Program-made: the position numbers and the translations under genes
Notes under the pieces: model-generated
Databases searched by the model: none
What the model was told of the DNA's origin: nothing
The model's input: only the letters and a program-made list of their open reading frames with translations
In this document: piece after piece, positions 34,825 through 35,015 of the stretch
Layout of the letters: every line of letters begins with the position of its first letter
Numbering within the stretch: position 1 is the first letter of the stretch
Assembly (NCBI GenBank): GCA_031278415.1
Contig: JAITKN010000109.1
Span: 1-35,015, forward strand
Length of the DNA stretch: 35,015 nucleotides
From: Oscillospiraceae bacterium
GTDB lineage: Bacteria > Bacillota > Clostridia > Oscillospirales > Oscillospiraceae
Reading direction: 5' to 3'

Positions 34825-34849
34825 CAATAGCTAAACCGCGTGTTATGAT
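34821..34849 (+). promoter_or_regulatory. Near-consensus sigma-A promoter overlapping the aroE stop and pointing into the terminal repeat array
   Basis: TTGACA (34821-34826), 17 nt, TGtTATGAT (TATGAT at 34844-34849). Confidence 0.6.
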
Positions 34850-34886
34850 AGATCTGTCTTAGTTTTGGGGAACTCTACGAGACTCT

Positions 34887-35015
34887 AAAGGATGTCTAGC
34901 AAAGTTTAAAGGATGTCTAGCAAAGTTTAAAGGATATCTAGCAAAGTTTAAAGGATGTCTAGCAAAGTTTAAAGGATGTCTAGCAAAGTTTAAAGGATGT
35001 CTAGCAAAGTTTAAA
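34887..35015. repeat. Tandem array of at least 6 x 21 bp (AAAGGATGTCTAGCAAAGTTT), truncated by the window end
   Basis: Six exact head-to-tail units have a single G>A change in unit 3 (34929-34949). A seventh unit begins at 35013. Confidence 0.95.

Noticed and set aside
34887-35015. CRISPR array or a plus-strand protein-coding repeat (KGCLAKF)n
   Set aside because: There are no spacers. The open plus frame has an in-frame TAG at 34860 and no start codon between it and the array. The minus-strand heptad reading is kept only as an alternative in the finding.

Overview
This 35-kb chromosomal segment looks like a moderately high-GC Firmicute of the class Clostridia. The taxon is an inference from AGGAGG-type RBSs, many TTGACA-17-TATAAT promoters with a TGn extended -10, YvcJ/RapZ and a PBSX-type DUF2577 phage gene. 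All product calls come from motifs I recognise in the supplied translations, because no similarity search was possible. Left to right:
- the last two genes of a phage-tail module that stops abruptly after DUF2577, followed by a heptamer-repeat / 23-bp inverted-repeat structure;
- HU, an Smr-domain protein and two membrane proteins (one YihY/BrkB-like);
- a 10-unit 21-bp tandem array;
- a minus-strand housekeeping block: recR, rpe, rapZ, trkA, DUF2156, family-4 UDG;
- a MATE exporter whose 3' end runs into IS debris: 128-bp inverted repeats around a consensus promoter, an IS5/DDE_Tnp_4-like transposase fragment and a frameshifted IS1595-like fragment;
- a GNAT-APH two-domain gene ending in a 29-bp-stem hairpin;
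- an OYE/enoate-reductase-like flavoenzyme and an M23 peptidase;
- a 7-gene minus-strand operon joining a PepT (Opp/Nik)-type ABC importer to a heterodimeric ABC exporter;
- an orphan URO-D-family gene and an orphan moeA;
- a 7.2-kb operon with all seven shikimate steps plus chorismate mutase/prephenate dehydratase;
- a consensus promoter firing into a second 21-bp tandem array that is cut by the window end.

I found no rRNA, tRNA or CRISPR array. The most noteworthy candidates, all hypotheses, are:
1. A Phe-rich leader peptide with terminator/antiterminator logic in front of the shikimate-Phe operon.
2. A promoter-driven array of reiterated AAGGAUGU (CsrA-core / SD-mimic) units.
3. A GNAT-APH fusion abutting IS remnants.
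4. The long inverted repeats bracketing an outward-reading promoter.
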